Virus record (IMG/VR): IMGVR_UViG_3300020109_000007
Coordinates: 47,463-111,462 of that record
DNA: 64,000 nt
Direction: 5' to 3' (one strand)
DNA from: a virus
Lineage: Duplodnaviria; Heunggongvirae; Uroviricota; Caudoviricetes
Shown: positions 26,887 through 37,191 of the stretch, piece by piece
Numbering within the stretch: the first letter of the stretch is position 1
Layout of the letters: every line of letters starts with the position of its first letter
The notes under the pieces: generated by a model
What the model was told of the DNA's origin: nothing
What the model saw: the letters and a program-made list of their open reading frames with translations, nothing else
The model's database searches: none
Made by a program: the position numbers and the translations under genes

Positions 26887-27068
26887 GTGTAATCTCCGTT
26901 GTTACGGAGTTCGAAATAAAAATCTAATTCTGCTTCTACGTCGGCTAGTTCCTCATAAACTAGCTGCCAAGCTGTAGAGTCTTCGTCATACTCACGAAGT
27001 TCTTCTGTAAGTCCATGGACATGACGTTCTGCCACGTCAATGCTATACATGAGGTCATCGTAAGTCAT
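26877..27068 (-). CDS. Hypothetical acidic protein
   Basis: 63-aa ORF. Confidence 0.3.
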   Translation of the reverse strand: MTYDDLMYSIDVAERHVHGLTEELREYDEDSTAWQLVYEELADVEAELDFYFELRNNGDYTDS

Positions 27069-27080
27069 ATACTGCTCTCC

Positions 27081-27128
27081 GTCTTGATGAACTCAGTATA
27101 TAAATATTAAGCTTCAAAGTCAATATAA
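27081..27128 (-). promoter_or_regulatory. Conserved sigma70-type promoter
   Basis: Reverse-complement reading gives TTGACTttgaagcttaatatttaTATACTgagttcATCAAGACGG. Confidence 0.5.
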
Positions 27129-27313
27129 TTTTTAAATGCCACTTCAAAAGCCTCTTCAAAGCTTACTTCTTCCCAAGACATTCCCATCAAAACTTCCCAG
27201 TCTCTAGGTCCATTACGTCTAAAATGCGTCCAAGGATAGTAGTCGGTGTTCTCGATAGTCATGTAGAAACATGTTACTTCGTCTAGTTCAGTGATCTGCA
27301 TAACTATTTCCAA
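27107..27313 (-). CDS. Hypothetical protein
   Basis: 68-aa ORF. Confidence 0.3.
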   Translation of the reverse strand: MEIVMQITELDEVTCFYMTIENTDYYPWTHFRRNGPRDWEVLMGMSWEEVSFEEAFEVAFKNYIDFEA

Positions 27314-27314
27314 A

Positions 27315-27391
27315 ATGGAGGACCGCCCGGGTCTCGAACCCGGATCGCATGGATTAAGAGTCCAGCTATTAGCCTATTATTAAGAACGGTC
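27315..27391 (-). tRNA. tRNA-Lys(CTT)
   Basis: Loop CTCTTAA on a TGGA/TCCA stem, T-arm CCGGGTTCGAGACCCGG. Confidence 0.55.
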
Positions 27392-27586
27392 CAAAAGAAA
27401 AGCCACGGAAGTCCTGTGACAACCGTGGCGCATATGGTAGCAGCTATGAGTTACGATCTCATCAAAGGAGCCTTATGAGAGCCCCCTGGACACCAGTCCA
27501 GCTGCCATGCGCGCACTTCTACCCTTGTGTGGGTTCCCTTTATTCAGAAGAAGTGACGGTAAATAAAACGACATGATTTCCTTAAA

Positions 27587-27681
27587 TGGAGGAAGGCTGG
27601 CAGTGTCGATCTCCAACCGGGCTACTAACCCGATCCACCCGCTTTCAAGGCGGAGCCCGAGGCCGCTCGGGATAACCTTCC
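27587..27681 (-). tRNA. tRNA-Ser(TGA), type II
   Basis: Anticodon arm TCCGC-CTTGAAA-GCGGG, variable hairpin CGGGTTAGTAGCCCG, ATCGACA T-loop as in Ser(GGA). Confidence 0.55.
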
Positions 27682-27687
27682 ATTATA

Positions 27688-27764
27688 TGGATCCCCGCGT
27701 CAGACTCGAACTGACACACATGTGGGTCAAAGCCACACCGCCTTACCAGGTAGCGCAACGGGGA
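27688..27764 (-). tRNA. tRNA-Gln(TTG)
   Basis: Anticodon arm TGTGG-CTTTGAC-CCACA, T-arm GTCAGTTCGAGTCTGAC. Confidence 0.65.
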
Positions 27765-27769
27765 ATAAA

Positions 27770-28372
27770 TTAATATTTATTGTTTTTAGAATTATTTTCA
27801 TAAGGGGTTAAATATTGTAAATTAGTCTCTACATGAAGACCGCATACAGTATTTCCTCTTATGGGTATTATATGATCTACTTGATACCCTGGAGGACAAT
27901 CATCATATATTTCTCTAATCTTCTTCAGATTAGCATATGATGGAGTAGCTTGTTTAAGCGCTTTATCGTATTCAGCCCTATAGAGAGCATATCTGCCTTT
28001 ATTTTTAGAATAATACTTAGGCATATATTCTTTATAATATAAAGAATAGCACGACCTACAATAATCTTTAGAAAAGACTTCTAAGGGCAGAACTTGAGCA
28101 CATTTAGAGCAATACTTATGCTCAAATTTATTGAACAAATAAGTACAAAGCTTTTCATTTCCTTTATCGGGAAATAATTCCCTTGTAAATCTAAGCACTG
28201 CAGAAGCAGATGCTTCCATATCTCGGCCTAAATTGTAAGCCGGCTTAGCTAATGTAGTTTTGAGTTCTTCTAAGCTTAATTTAGAGCCTTTGCTCCTTTT
28301 AAACTTAATAATATCTGCTATATTTGGAACAGCAGATAGCAAAAATTTATCTATAGCTTCTTTTCTAGTCAT
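27770..28372 (-). CDS. HNH homing endonuclease
   Basis: YQVDHIIPIRGNTVCGLHVETNLQYLTPYEN. Confidence 0.75.
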   Translation of the reverse strand: MTRKEAIDKFLLSAVPNIADIIKFKRSKGSKLSLEELKTTLAKPAYNLGRDMEASASAVLRFTRELFPDKGNEKLCTYLFNKFEHKYCSKCAQVLPLEVFSKDYCRSCYSLYYKEYMPKYYSKNKGRYALYRAEYDKALKQATPSYANLKKIREIYDDCPPGYQVDHIIPIRGNTVCGLHVETNLQYLTPYENNSKNNKY

Positions 28373-28446
28373 TGGTACCCAGTAGCAGAATTGAACTGCT
28401 TCATTCGCTATGTAAAAGCGACAGGCTAACCATTACATCAACCGGG

Positions 28447-28495
28447 CTCTTGATGTAGTCATTATATTCAAAATGACCCTAGAAGTCAAGAACTT
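28447..28495 (-). promoter_or_regulatory. Conserved sigma70-type promoter
   Basis: ctcttgatg...cattata...agtcaagaact. Confidence 0.5.
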
Positions 28496-28863
28496 TTTTC
28501 AATTACGGTTATGAACTTCGTTTCTCTGTCTAGTAACTTATAGTCGATGTGAGTTGGCTCGAACTCCTCCATCGCCTTCCAGATAACATCTGGATTCAGT
28601 TCGCCACAAGTATAAACATCTAGCTGTAGCATGGCGGGGTCTTCCTCATCCCACGCATGAAGCACTATGTGACTAGTCTCAATAACTACTGCTGCCGTTA
28701 ATCCACGATTTCCAACTACAGGAGAATATCCTGCAATCGGTCCCATCATGATCTTCATTCCCAGATCGGCTACAAGCTTCTTCAGCCATTCACCGATCTG
28801 GGTTTCGTCAAAAGGGGGATTGTTTACTTCCGCTCTTACAATCAAGTGCTTGTGTTGTAGCAA
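28486..28863 (-). CDS. S-adenosylmethionine decarboxylase-like (small pyruvoyl AdoMetDC/SpeD family) protein
   Basis: HLIVRAEV....DE..I..WL..L....GMKI.......Y.P....G.TA.VVIETSHIVLHAW.E. Confidence 0.5.
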   Translation of the reverse strand: MLQHKHLIVRAEVNNPPFDETQIGEWLKKLVADLGMKIMMGPIAGYSPVVGNRGLTAAVVIETSHIVLHAWDEEDPAMLQLDVYTCGELNPDVIWKAMEEFEPTHIDYKLLDRETKFITVIEKSS

Positions 28864-29604
28864 TTAAGTCTCCATGCCAATAGCTTTGCGAACAGCTAGA
28901 GGAAAATGCGGCGCGTACGTCTTGTGGAGGTCGATACCGTATTGTTTAAGGTGTTCCAGAGACGCAATCTCTGAAGCGCGATAATTAGCGTAGCGACCAG
29001 CATAGTCGCCCACGTTACAGTTACGAAAGAACTTTTGTTCTCTACCCTCCTTATCAGAGAGCTTCTCAATACGTTCAAACTCGTAAACCTGATAGACGTT
29101 TTCCTCTCCGCTAGAAGGGAACAACGATGGACAAATCACTGCAATAGCATTACGCTTTGCGGTCCAAACGATCTGTCCAACCTCAAAAGTGTCACTTACA
29201 CACTGTTCAGGAATAAGAGCAGGCTTGAAATAAGACTCGCTCTTTTCAGGGATACCAATAACTTCAATTGTACGATTTACAGAGGCATTAGAACGATAAA
29301 GACGCTTACCAATTTCAGTAACGCTCTCTCCATCTAGAACAGCTTCGATAATTGCTTGTTTCTCAAAGTCGTCGAAAGACTTTCCTCGATTTGCAGCACG
29401 ACGACGAGCGTCCTCTGCTTTGTTTTGCTCATGCTCGTCGATAATCTTGCCTAGGCGAGTCGTGTTGTACGAGATATTTAGGATCTCGCACGCTTCTTTC
29501 TTAGAGATAGGAGGCGTGGCAGCTAGTAGACCGATGACTCTCTCGATGTTCTCAGGAGTGAGATTCTCATGCTCCTTCTTCTTAACACCCTTCTTAACTG
29601 CCAA
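28864..29604 (-). CDS. Hypothetical protein with N-terminal HTH
   Basis: KKEACEILNISYNTTRLGKII. Confidence 0.35.
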   Translation of the reverse strand: MAVKKGVKKKEHENLTPENIERVIGLLAATPPISKKEACEILNISYNTTRLGKIIDEHEQNKAEDARRRAANRGKSFDDFEKQAIIEAVLDGESVTEIGKRLYRSNASVNRTIEVIGIPEKSESYFKPALIPEQCVSDTFEVGQIVWTAKRNAIAVICPSLFPSSGEENVYQVYEFERIEKLSDKEGREQKFFRNCNVGDYAGRYANYRASEIASLEHLKQYGIDLHKTYAPHFPLAVRKAIGMET

Positions 29605-29970
29605 GGTGGCCTCCTATCGTTTCGTGAAGATCAATATAGGGAAATTTGACCTAGAAGTCAAGAACTAAATTAAGGAAAGGTGATTGCCACAAAGCCGTCA
29701 TCAATCTCCCACAAAATCTGATCGCCTTCCTCTAGAGAATACTCGTCCATAATATCCTCAGGAATCTGAACAATAAACTCACCCAACTCATTCACTTCAA
29801 TTCTAGTCTTCACTTCTCTACAACCTCATATTCTGTAATTCCAGTCATACCTGCGGCCGGAATAGCATCGCTATCGTAGAGCGTTAGCGCAAAACCAGTT
29901 TCTAGAAGTTCTACTTCAAAAGCTGCACAAGTGAGTTCCCCTTCACTATCTTCTCGAATATATCTAATTC

Positions 29971-30186
29971 TCATGCAAATGTCCTCAGAAAAGCTTTGCG
30001 CTCTTCTTCTTGCTTAAAGTTAAAGTCTTCGATCAGTCTTTGCTCTGTAGGAGTCAGCTCTCGAAATGACTCATCTTCCATATGTTCGGTCTTCCATACA
30101 AGAAAAGCTTTTAGAAAACCGAGATAAACTACGTCAAACCACTCGTTAGTCATTATTCCATCCGTGATAGTGAGCAAATACAGCAT
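29971..30186 (-). CDS. Hypothetical protein
   Basis: 71-aa ORF. Confidence 0.25.
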   Translation of the reverse strand: MLYLLTITDGIMTNEWFDVVYLGFLKAFLVWKTEHMEDESFRELTPTEQRLIEDFNFKQEEERKAFLRTFA

Positions 30187-31006
30187 ATCCAGCTGCGTCT
30201 AGAGGATCTTCTTCAGCCGCGGATTCTGTCATCTTATCGAAGCAAGCTTCGCGCCAATCATCCTCCTGCCAGCCATACTTTCCTTCGCGCTCACGCACGC
30301 GAAGACGTGCTAGCAGGGCGTCACGGAACTTGTTTACGGCCTCTTCGAGGTCGTCCGGCGCAAAGACGTCTGCGATTGAAGGAAACTCGGCTGCGATGAT
30401 GTTCCAGCAAGCCTGAGCAATTTCCTTGTGCTCCTTCTGCGTTCCATTGGCCATACGAAGCTGACAATAGTGAATCCAGGAACGTAGAGTTCCTGCCATG
30501 TAGAGTCGGCTACTAGTTAGTCCCTCTGGAAGAACAGAGCGCGCCACTTCTTTTGCAATACCTGCGTTGAGAGCTCTCTTATACGCCCCCTCCGCTACAT
30601 CAATTACCTGATTCTGATCGTAGTGCCAGTCAGAGTTAAGAGCGCGATCCTCAGTCTCAATAGAGTTCTGACGATTCTTAGAGTCTTGCAAACGAGCTTC
30701 GCGAGGTTCTGCAAAATCAACTACTTCTGCGTAGCGCTGCGAGAACTCTTGAAACGAAAAGCTGCGATGACGCAGAATCTGCCGTGCAATGTCTCTAGTC
30801 GTCTCAATCTCGATTACCACGTGAACCATCTCTAGCGGAGACCAGTGGTCATTCTTGATGAGGTATCGTATCAGCTTAGAAGCGGTGTCGTGCGACGCCT
30901 GATTAGCAGGATTGGACACACGAGCACAATATGCTACCAGTTCTTCTGCTGTGTTCGCGTCTACATGCTCGCTTGGCTTACTTGCTGCTATCAGCTGGCA
31001 CTTCAT
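30146..31006 (-). CDS. thyX: FAD-dependent thymidylate synthase ThyX
   Basis: ThyX signature RHRSFSFQEFSQRY (RHR-X7-S). Confidence 0.85.
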   Translation of the reverse strand: MKCQLIAASKPSEHVDANTAEELVAYCARVSNPANQASHDTASKLIRYLIKNDHWSPLEMVHVVIEIETTRDIARQILRHRSFSFQEFSQRYAEVVDFAEPREARLQDSKNRQNSIETEDRALNSDWHYDQNQVIDVAEGAYKRALNAGIAKEVARSVLPEGLTSSRLYMAGTLRSWIHYCQLRMANGTQKEHKEIAQACWNIIAAEFPSIADVFAPDDLEEAVNKFRDALLARLRVREREGKYGWQEDDWREACFDKMTESAAEEDPLDAAGYAVFAHYHGWNND

Positions 31007-31316
31007 GCACTTCTCTCCATACTCCGGAATTAAAACTTGCTACACAACTAGAGCCTTTAAATATATTTACAATACCTTGAGAATCTATCTCGTAATGGTC
31101 TGCGTTTTCAAGATTTGCTGTTCTAGTGCAGTATCCGTCATCGTACGATACCCGAATCATTTCTCAACCACCTCAGTCTCTTTTTCCCAAACTGCTTCGT
31201 CATGGTCGGGGACGACTTCTTCGTCTTCCGGAGGAAGCTTATCAATTGTACGAAGGACTCCCTGCAAGTAAGCGGGTCCATTCTTGTCATACTTCTCACG
31301 GAAGTAGTCTCTTACT

Positions 31317-31523
31317 TTAGCCATTATACTCCCACATTCTAGCTTGACAAAAGTCTTTTAGTTCTTCTAACTTTTGCTCAAACTTTCTATTACCATTAAA
31401 CTTAATAGCTCTTAGAGCATTTAACGTAGCAATCCATTCTTCGAGCTTTTTACGTCGCTCTTTAGCCTTCTGAGTTTTCTCATAAGGAGTATCCTCATGA
31501 TCGTAATATTCACTTCCTGGCAT
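31317..31523 (-). CDS. Hypothetical protein
   Basis: 68-aa ORF. Confidence 0.3.
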   Translation of the reverse strand: MPGSEYYDHEDTPYEKTQKAKERRKKLEEWIATLNALRAIKFNGNRKFEQKLEELKDFCQARMWEYNG

Positions 31524-32149
31524 TATTCTAAGTAGCCTGTGGCTCTCCTCTCTTCTGGATTTAAGGCTGTATACCGGCGATCATACATGGCAATGTCTTC
31601 CCTCCACCAGTGAGGTTTTTCTCGATTTTTCCAACTAGCAAAAGCGGCTTTATCAAGCATATAGAATAGTCGATAATCTTCGATTACATTGCCAGTTTTA
31701 AGCTCATCTGGCATTGCCTCATAAAAAGGTGTAAAGCCTTTGTCAGACATGTGTTTAGGGTCAGGAAGCTTATTGCACTCTATACAACTTGCATGACTAT
31801 TTTTATAGCCACGAGCTAATCGTTCGGATTCTAAAGCATTTACATAGTTGTACGTCCACCAAAAATTTTCTAAAGAAGAACGAACCCATATGGCTGATCC
31901 ATGATTGTGGTGGCAGGGTAAATAGCGGGTAAAAGAACGTTCTTCAATAGAGGGTTCTTTAAGTTTAGCTTCCTTAATAACAGCCCATTCTTCTGGAGTT
32001 AGCGCCCTAGGTATAAACCCTAAGTATTTGTCTACCCAAAGTGCTGTAGAAAGTAACTGAACTGCTTCTAGCTGTATCTTGCCCACGTGCTTGTCTATAT
32101 GATATAGAGCGCATTCATCTAGATCATTAGCTAAATAGAATAGATTCAT
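31523..32149 (-). CDS. Hypothetical protein
   Basis: 208 aa. The N-terminus [16 protein letters not shown] loosely resembles DenV-type glycosylases. Not assigned. Confidence 0.3.
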   Translation of the reverse strand: MNLFYLANDLDECALYHIDKHVGKIQLEAVQLLSTALWVDKYLGFIPRALTPEEWAVIKEAKLKEPSIEERSFTRYLPCHHNHGSAIWVRSSLENFWWTYNYVNALESERLARGYKNSHASCIECNKLPDPKHMSDKGFTPFYEAMPDELKTGNVIEDYRLFYMLDKAAFASWKNREKPHWWREDIAMYDRRYTALNPEERRATGYLE

Positions 32150-32732
32150 TAAGTAACCTTTCTTCTACTTCTTCCGCCCCATAAGCAGATAAATTAGGGT
32201 AAATAGCTCTAGACATTATGTCTTCACACTCGTCTGGCATTTTATTGCTTTTGCTCAAGTTATCTGCAGCTTCTAAGTAGCATAAATTATATTCGCTATG
32301 TAAGCCACCTCTAGATAATGGGACTATATGGTCTACATGGTAGCCTTCTAAACAGTCAGCATAAATAGCAGTGACTATAGCTAAACTATCACTACTAACT
32401 TTTTGATTATTTATTCTACTTCGATACTTAGCTTTAAAAGGTTTATTATAAGCAAGCTCACATGCTCTACAAGCAAATTGAACTCCTTGAAATTTATTAG
32501 ATCTAAACACTGACACATCTAGAATTTGATTACATATATTGCACTTCTTCTGGTTACTTAGACCACAAATATAATTTATCCAAGATACTTTACTTGGTTT
32601 ATCTGGGTAGAAAGTTTGCATAAGCTTCGTTAATTTAGTTCTGGGTATTTTTAGATCTCTACTTATCGCCTCTAAAGTCTTAAGTTCTAAGACTTTAGAG
32701 GTTAGATAGTCTAAGGATAAATTGCTAGGCAT
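32127..32732 (-). CDS. HNH homing endonuclease
   Basis: [29 protein letters not shown]. Confidence 0.7.
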   Translation of the reverse strand: MPSNLSLDYLTSKVLELKTLEAISRDLKIPRTKLTKLMQTFYPDKPSKVSWINYICGLSNQKKCNICNQILDVSVFRSNKFQGVQFACRACELAYNKPFKAKYRSRINNQKVSSDSLAIVTAIYADCLEGYHVDHIVPLSRGGLHSEYNLCYLEAADNLSKSNKMPDECEDIMSRAIYPNLSAYGAEEVEERLLNESILFS

Positions 32733-32743
32733 AAACTAATCTA

Positions 32744-33184
32744 TCACATTGAGTATAAATTGTCAAGATCTATTTTATCACATACTTCTCTTAGTTGCTG
32801 GACCTTTCGGTCAAGTCCTAATAGCTGAACTACGTTGTAAGGATCATTTTCACCTGTTCGCATAAGCTTTTGCAAGTGATTCACGATATGCTCCTCCCAA
32901 GCAATGTGCTCAGGCATAGCATCTACAGGATAATGGATATTGTCATGAACGGCCCAGGACCAACGCCAGCCTAGATTATCTGCTACGAAGTGATGCGTTA
33001 GCTCATGCTCTAAAGCATAAAGTTTAAAATCCTCGCCGTAGCCTTTATCCTGAGCAATTTCTCTATACTCCGGACGATCTAGCCAATGAGTGTTGAATTC
33101 ATTTATAGCCCCATCAGCAAAAGTGGCCGTGATAATCCCTCGCGAGATTACCACGGCCGCAGTTCTAAAGTTAATTGTTTGCAT
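32744..33184 (-). CDS. Hypothetical protein with HExxH motif
   Basis: YALEHELTHHF. Confidence 0.3.
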   Translation of the reverse strand: MQTINFRTAAVVISRGIITATFADGAINEFNTHWLDRPEYREIAQDKGYGEDFKLYALEHELTHHFVADNLGWRWSWAVHDNIHYPVDAMPEHIAWEEHIVNHLQKLMRTGENDPYNVVQLLGLDRKVQQLREVCDKIDLDNLYSM

Positions 33185-33578
33185 TAATTACAGAAAGGAA
33201 GCTAGGCGCTCCCTGGCCAGGCTGAATATCTACAAATCCAGGAGACTCTAGAAGTACGGACCCCTCCGGAAGACCATATTTACGAGCGTCTTCGGGTGCA
33301 TAAAGTTCTGCAGGCTCGTTATCTAGCATATTGATTCGATCTAATACTAAAGTAGCATAACCGATTATATCTACCCAATTATCTGCATAAAAGGGATCTC
33401 CATTACCCATACGAGCAATTTTATCAGTAATAACTACTAGTGCTTGCCTCATATCGAAATCCATAGTAGGCCAATTAGGCATCTTATGTAAGACTTCTTG
33501 TAGTCCTTGAGCAATACGAGCATGGTCTGCAAACTTGCCATATCTCGCTCCTCGCTCTGCTAATACTTTATTAATCAA
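33171..33578 (-). CDS. Hypothetical protein
   Basis: 135-aa ORF. Confidence 0.3.
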   Translation of the reverse strand: MINKVLAERGARYGKFADHARIAQGLQEVLHKMPNWPTMDFDMRQALVVITDKIARMGNGDPFYADNWVDIIGYATLVLDRINMLDNEPAELYAPEDARKYGLPEGSVLLESPGFVDIQPGQGAPSFLSVINANN

Positions 33579-34225
33579 AGATACTTCTCCACTAATTTGT
33601 TTGACTTTCTACAATTATCTGACTTTGTAAGATACTGCAAGTTATTTTCTACATGAAGGCCACAAACTTCTTTACCTTGTAGAGGTATAATGTGGTCAAC
33701 CTGGTAATCTTTAGGACAATTTATGTAAATTTGCCTAATCTTATCCATATCAGCCCATTTAGGAATAGCTTGCTTCTTTCTAGCACGAGTTCTCGCAGTG
33801 CTAGCTTTATGCAAATCTGGTCTGTTTGTTACATGTTGCTTTCTATTTGCATTACTGCATTCTTTACATATAGAATCCTTGCCGACTAATCCTCTAGTAG
33901 TAAGATTATAAAATGACTCTTTATTCTTAATAAGACTACACTGATTACAACTTCTATAGTTTAGCAGATCTAGAAAATAGTACTTCCAAGTTCTATAGCC
34001 TAGAAGCTTAACGTCAGGGAAGTTAATTCTCAGAATTCTATTTATAGTCTGAATAGATACACCGAAACTAGCAGCTATATTAGGTATAGTTTCAAACTCA
34101 TATACAGCTTCTAAGAATTCAGCTAAAGTAATGTTAGGTACTTTACCGTGCTTTTTCTTTACTAAATCAAACTTGCGTTTATGTAAGTAAGAGCAGACTT
34201 GCTCTACAAAAATTAACTTATCCAT
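33575..34225 (-). CDS. HNH homing endonuclease
   Basis: YQVDHIIPLQGKEVCGLHVENNLQYLTKSDN. Promoter TTGACAaactatgccaaatttatTATAAT lies immediately upstream with a very short leader. Confidence 0.75.
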   Translation of the reverse strand: MDKLIFVEQVCSYLHKRKFDLVKKKHGKVPNITLAEFLEAVYEFETIPNIAASFGVSIQTINRILRINFPDVKLLGYRTWKYYFLDLLNYRSCNQCSLIKNKESFYNLTTRGLVGKDSICKECSNANRKQHVTNRPDLHKASTARTRARKKQAIPKWADMDKIRQIYINCPKDYQVDHIIPLQGKEVCGLHVENNLQYLTKSDNCRKSNKLVEKYL

Positions 34226-34262
34226 GCCAAATTATAATAAATTTGGCATAGTTTGTCAAGGG

Positions 34263-34402
34263 TTAATTTTTGTTGGGTATCTCCTGCATTTGTCTTGGGG
34301 GTGCCATCAATTCGGCTGGTGGCACGGGATATTCTAGTCGTGGATCTGCGATGGTCGGCGCAGAGCAAGCGGCAAGAGCCGCCAAAATACTAGTTGCTAT
34401 TA
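34263..34402 (-). CDS. Putative o-spanin (outer-membrane lipoprotein), GTG start
   Basis: Own translation: VKKLIATSILAALAACSAPTIADPRLEYPVPP... with lipobox LAAC. It overlaps the 3' end of the i-spanin candidate. Confidence 0.35.
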
Positions 34403-34989
34403 ACTTCTTCACGAACAGCCTCCGTTTCTCTAATCCATTGCTGAAGACTATTTAGCTGAGCCGTATTTGCCAGACAAACTCCGTTATTTGGAGCAATAGT
34501 ACCCGCCAAAGCTCTCATTTCTGAGACTGACGAAGGTGTATTATCCGACGCAAGACTAGGATCCAACTCAAGTCCGCGAATAGACTGATTATAGGCATAA
34601 ATCCATCCCTTAGATAGGGTAAATTGTTCTGGGACTCTCTCTACTACAACTTCGGTTGTTTTTTCAACAACTCTATCGACAAATTGCACTCTGTCGGTGT
34701 AATCCCGCCTAATCTTGACGTCTACTTGAGCTTGAGCTGCAATAACCTGCTCTCTAAGCTCGCTTAGTCGCTTCTCATATTGTGCAACAATAAGTTCTGA
34801 CTTATTAAGTCCTTTGTTATACGCCACATAATACATAGAGCCGCCAGCTACTCCGATAACGAGTAAAATTGCGGCAATCCAGCCTAGCTTTAACTTCCAG
34901 CTTAAAAGCTTGAAAGCAGCTAACATTAATCGGTCCAACCTTCTACAAGGTACGCCATATGTGCTCCTTATATTCTTCTTCGGATTCAA
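34390..34989 (-). CDS. Putative i-spanin (type II membrane protein with periplasmic coiled coil)
   Basis: N-terminal TM WIAAILLVIGVAGGSMYYVAY, then an EKRLSELREQVIAAQAQVDVK coiled coil. Confidence 0.35.
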   Translation of the reverse strand: MNPKKNIRSTYGVPCRRLDRLMLAAFKLLSWKLKLGWIAAILLVIGVAGGSMYYVAYNKGLNKSELIVAQYEKRLSELREQVIAAQAQVDVKIRRDYTDRVQFVDRVVEKTTEVVVERVPEQFTLSKGWIYAYNQSIRGLELDPSLASDNTPSSVSEMRALAGTIAPNNGVCLANTAQLNSLQQWIRETEAVREEVNSN

Positions 34990-35286
34990 ATCCGTAATAA
35001 GTCGTTTTTCTAGGCTTTATCTTAGAAAACATAGGTATATAGTCCCTAAGACTACAAAAGCCAGCGTAAAATAACCCCATAAAGGGCACCTTCCATATCT
35101 CATTCATAAATCCTTGCCGAGTCTTGGATGACGAGGTCACTCGGCGAACCTCGGGAAGTCAAGCCGCTTGGGCTACTTCCATGTCGTTATCGTTGACACT
35201 TACGTTTTTGATCTCTAAGCGGATCACACTATAGTCTCTTACCTAACTTTCATAACTAATCGAACCCAGTTCTACCCCTCATAGTT

Positions 35287-35325
35287 TTGGTGGAGTAGGA
35301 GGGAGTCGAACCCTCGTGTTAGCTT
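35287..35325 (-). ncRNA. tRNA 3'-half remnant (CCA, acceptor 3' strand, T-arm only)
   Basis: tgg-t-ggagtag-gaggg-agtcgaa-ccctc. No complementary 5' acceptor strand exists. It overlaps the 3' end of HNH gene 35330..35719. Confidence 0.4.
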
Positions 35326-35329
35326 ACTA

Positions 35330-35719
35330 TTATAGGTCGTCCTCAACTATTCTTAAATGAGGGTAGTGTACTTCCATATGACAATTATGACATAGTAAAT
35401 CACACTTGGCTATTTCGACCCTCAAGGACTCTCTGGACCTAGTTACACCTTGCGATATTTCAAAGTCTTTTTCTTCAGAGTTTTTATGGTGAAAAGTCAG
35501 AGCAGCTAAGTTATTTTTATATCCGCAAATTTCACACGCTAATAACCTACCAGACTCCTGCAAAATGTCTTTTATAGTACTAGTCTTAGCAGCTTTCTTT
35601 ACTGCATGGTAGCAATATCTACAATGTGCTTTATACTTTTTAGTACCTTTAGGGGTGTATCCATTGGAGTAAAACTCTTCTAACGGTCTAGGTACTTTAC
35701 AAGTCGCACATACTTTCAT
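35330..35719 (-). CDS. HNH endonuclease (zinc-binding type)
   Basis: CRYCYH...CEICGY...HHKN....CDLLCHNCH. Confidence 0.55.
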   Translation of the reverse strand: MKVCATCKVPRPLEEFYSNGYTPKGTKKYKAHCRYCYHAVKKAAKTSTIKDILQESGRLLACEICGYKNNLAALTFHHKNSEEKDFEISQGVTRSRESLRVEIAKCDLLCHNCHMEVHYPHLRIVEDDL

Positions 35720-35749
35720 GAATTCTTATACCAAAATTCAACCTAAGAG

Positions 35750-35968
35750 TCAAGAACCGTTTTTTCGTGCCTCATGCTCGCTAGGTGTATCACCATAATC
35801 CGGATGATTCTTGCTCAGGTTAGCAAAGATAAAACTGCGGTCACGAGAATGAATCGCATTATGAGCCCGCTGCATTTCTCGCATTTCTAGCTCAATTCGA
35901 TGTGCCTCAGCACGTTCCGCCTTAGTAGAATGATTACCCAGTTTCTTGCACTTATTAGACATTTCCAA
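35750..35968 (-). CDS. Hypothetical protein
   Basis: 72-aa ORF. Confidence 0.3.
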   Translation of the reverse strand: MEMSNKCKKLGNHSTKAERAEAHRIELEMREMQRAHNAIHSRDRSFIFANLSKNHPDYGDTPSEHEARKNGS

Positions 35969-36164
35969 TTTCCTCTAGATCATGCATGGGAATAGTAAAG
36001 AAGGGGTTGTTACCTGAGGGATCAGTAGTTATACTAATGTGCTTTAGTTGAGTAAAAAAGCTGTCCATTGAGGCCATGCCATAATCATTATACATGTACT
36101 CATAAACTTCACTACCCGCTTTGTGCCCAAAGCGATCTCGAACTAATCTGAATACTCTCATCAC
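35955..36164 (-). CDS. Hypothetical protein
   Basis: 69-aa ORF. Confidence 0.3.
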   Translation of the reverse strand: MMRVFRLVRDRFGHKAGSEVYEYMYNDYGMASMDSFFTQLKHISITTDPSGNNPFFTIPMHDLEEIGNV

Positions 36165-36556
36165 TCTTTATCTTCCAGACCCAAGAATTCTGCTGCTCGC
36201 GTATATCCTTCAGGGTCTCCTGCCATAATCTGACGAAGAATTGCTCGAAGTCCACCGTTACGAGCAGTTCGCTTTGCAAATTCAGCTCGCATATCTACGA
36301 CGTCTTCGGACGCCTCAATAGCTTCGCTTCGTTGCTCTTCTGTCAGCTCTGCCATCTCGTCAGCAGCAACTACGCCCTTTTTGCGAGGCGGAAATACCTT
36401 TTCAGCCTGCTCGATAAGTGCCTGCACACCGGGGGACCGAACCCGCTTCTGATTCTTTACATCAAAGTCATCCAGAATGTCGTACTTATATACATAGTCG
36501 AGAAACCTAGTAACAAACTTCTCTGCATCGCTACGCATTTTCTCGGAAGTCCTCAT
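36161..36556 (-). CDS. Hypothetical protein
   Basis: 131-aa ORF. Confidence 0.3.
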   Translation of the reverse strand: MRTSEKMRSDAEKFVTRFLDYVYKYDILDDFDVKNQKRVRSPGVQALIEQAEKVFPPRKKGVVAADEMAELTEEQRSEAIEASEDVVDMRAEFAKRTARNGGLRAILRQIMAGDPEGYTRAAEFLGLEDKE

Positions 36557-36798
36557 AAAGTCGAATCCAATCCTCTAGAGTGTAATCTTCGTAGTCACTC
36601 GGGTGAGCGGCCACATCTTTCCAAGCCCATTTGTCAAAAGACCGTACGCTATTAATCATATAGTCTCTAAACTGTTGACAGGTCATTCTTTCTTCGTTCA
36701 TGATGCATATTACGCTTTTTGAGCGTCAAAGTCAAGAACTATTTAAGAACTCCCTAGCAGTGTCGGCTCAAACAGTGTTAAAAATTTCTCTTGACTAG

Positions 36799-36987
36799 AT
36801 GCTATGGTTCGTGTATATTATCAAGATGCCGAGAAAGGTTTGGACAACGGAAGAAAGGCATATACTAAAACGGCATTATGCTCATTTAGAAATGTCTGAG
36901 CTATTAGTATTACTACCTGATCGAACACCTTCTAGCGTCTACTCTCAGGTAGCTTATTTAAAAAGACGCGGTTGGAGATTTTATTAA
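36799..36987 (+). CDS. Small SANT/Myb-like DNA-binding protein
   Basis: VWTTEERHILKRHY...LLPDRTPSSVYSQ matches the N-terminal module of endonuclease ORFs 37973..38806, 40082..40702 and 54278..55099. Confidence 0.3.
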   Translation: MLWFVYIIKMPRKVWTTEERHILKRHYAHLEMSELLVLLPDRTPSSVYSQVAYLKRRGWRFY

Positions 36988-37191
36988 TGAGTAACGTAGT
37001 GCCTTTGTTTAAGGCCACGACTAAAGAAGATAAGAGTGCGACTCCCGTAGATATTAGGGAGCTTATTTCTAATATCCTTGATTGGACGGAGAAGCAAGGA
37101 GTAGAAGTAAAAGACAACGATCTAGAGTTTATGATAAAGTGTCGCGATTTAGTCGCTCACATTCAATCTCTAGCCTTAAAGAGGGTTGCTT

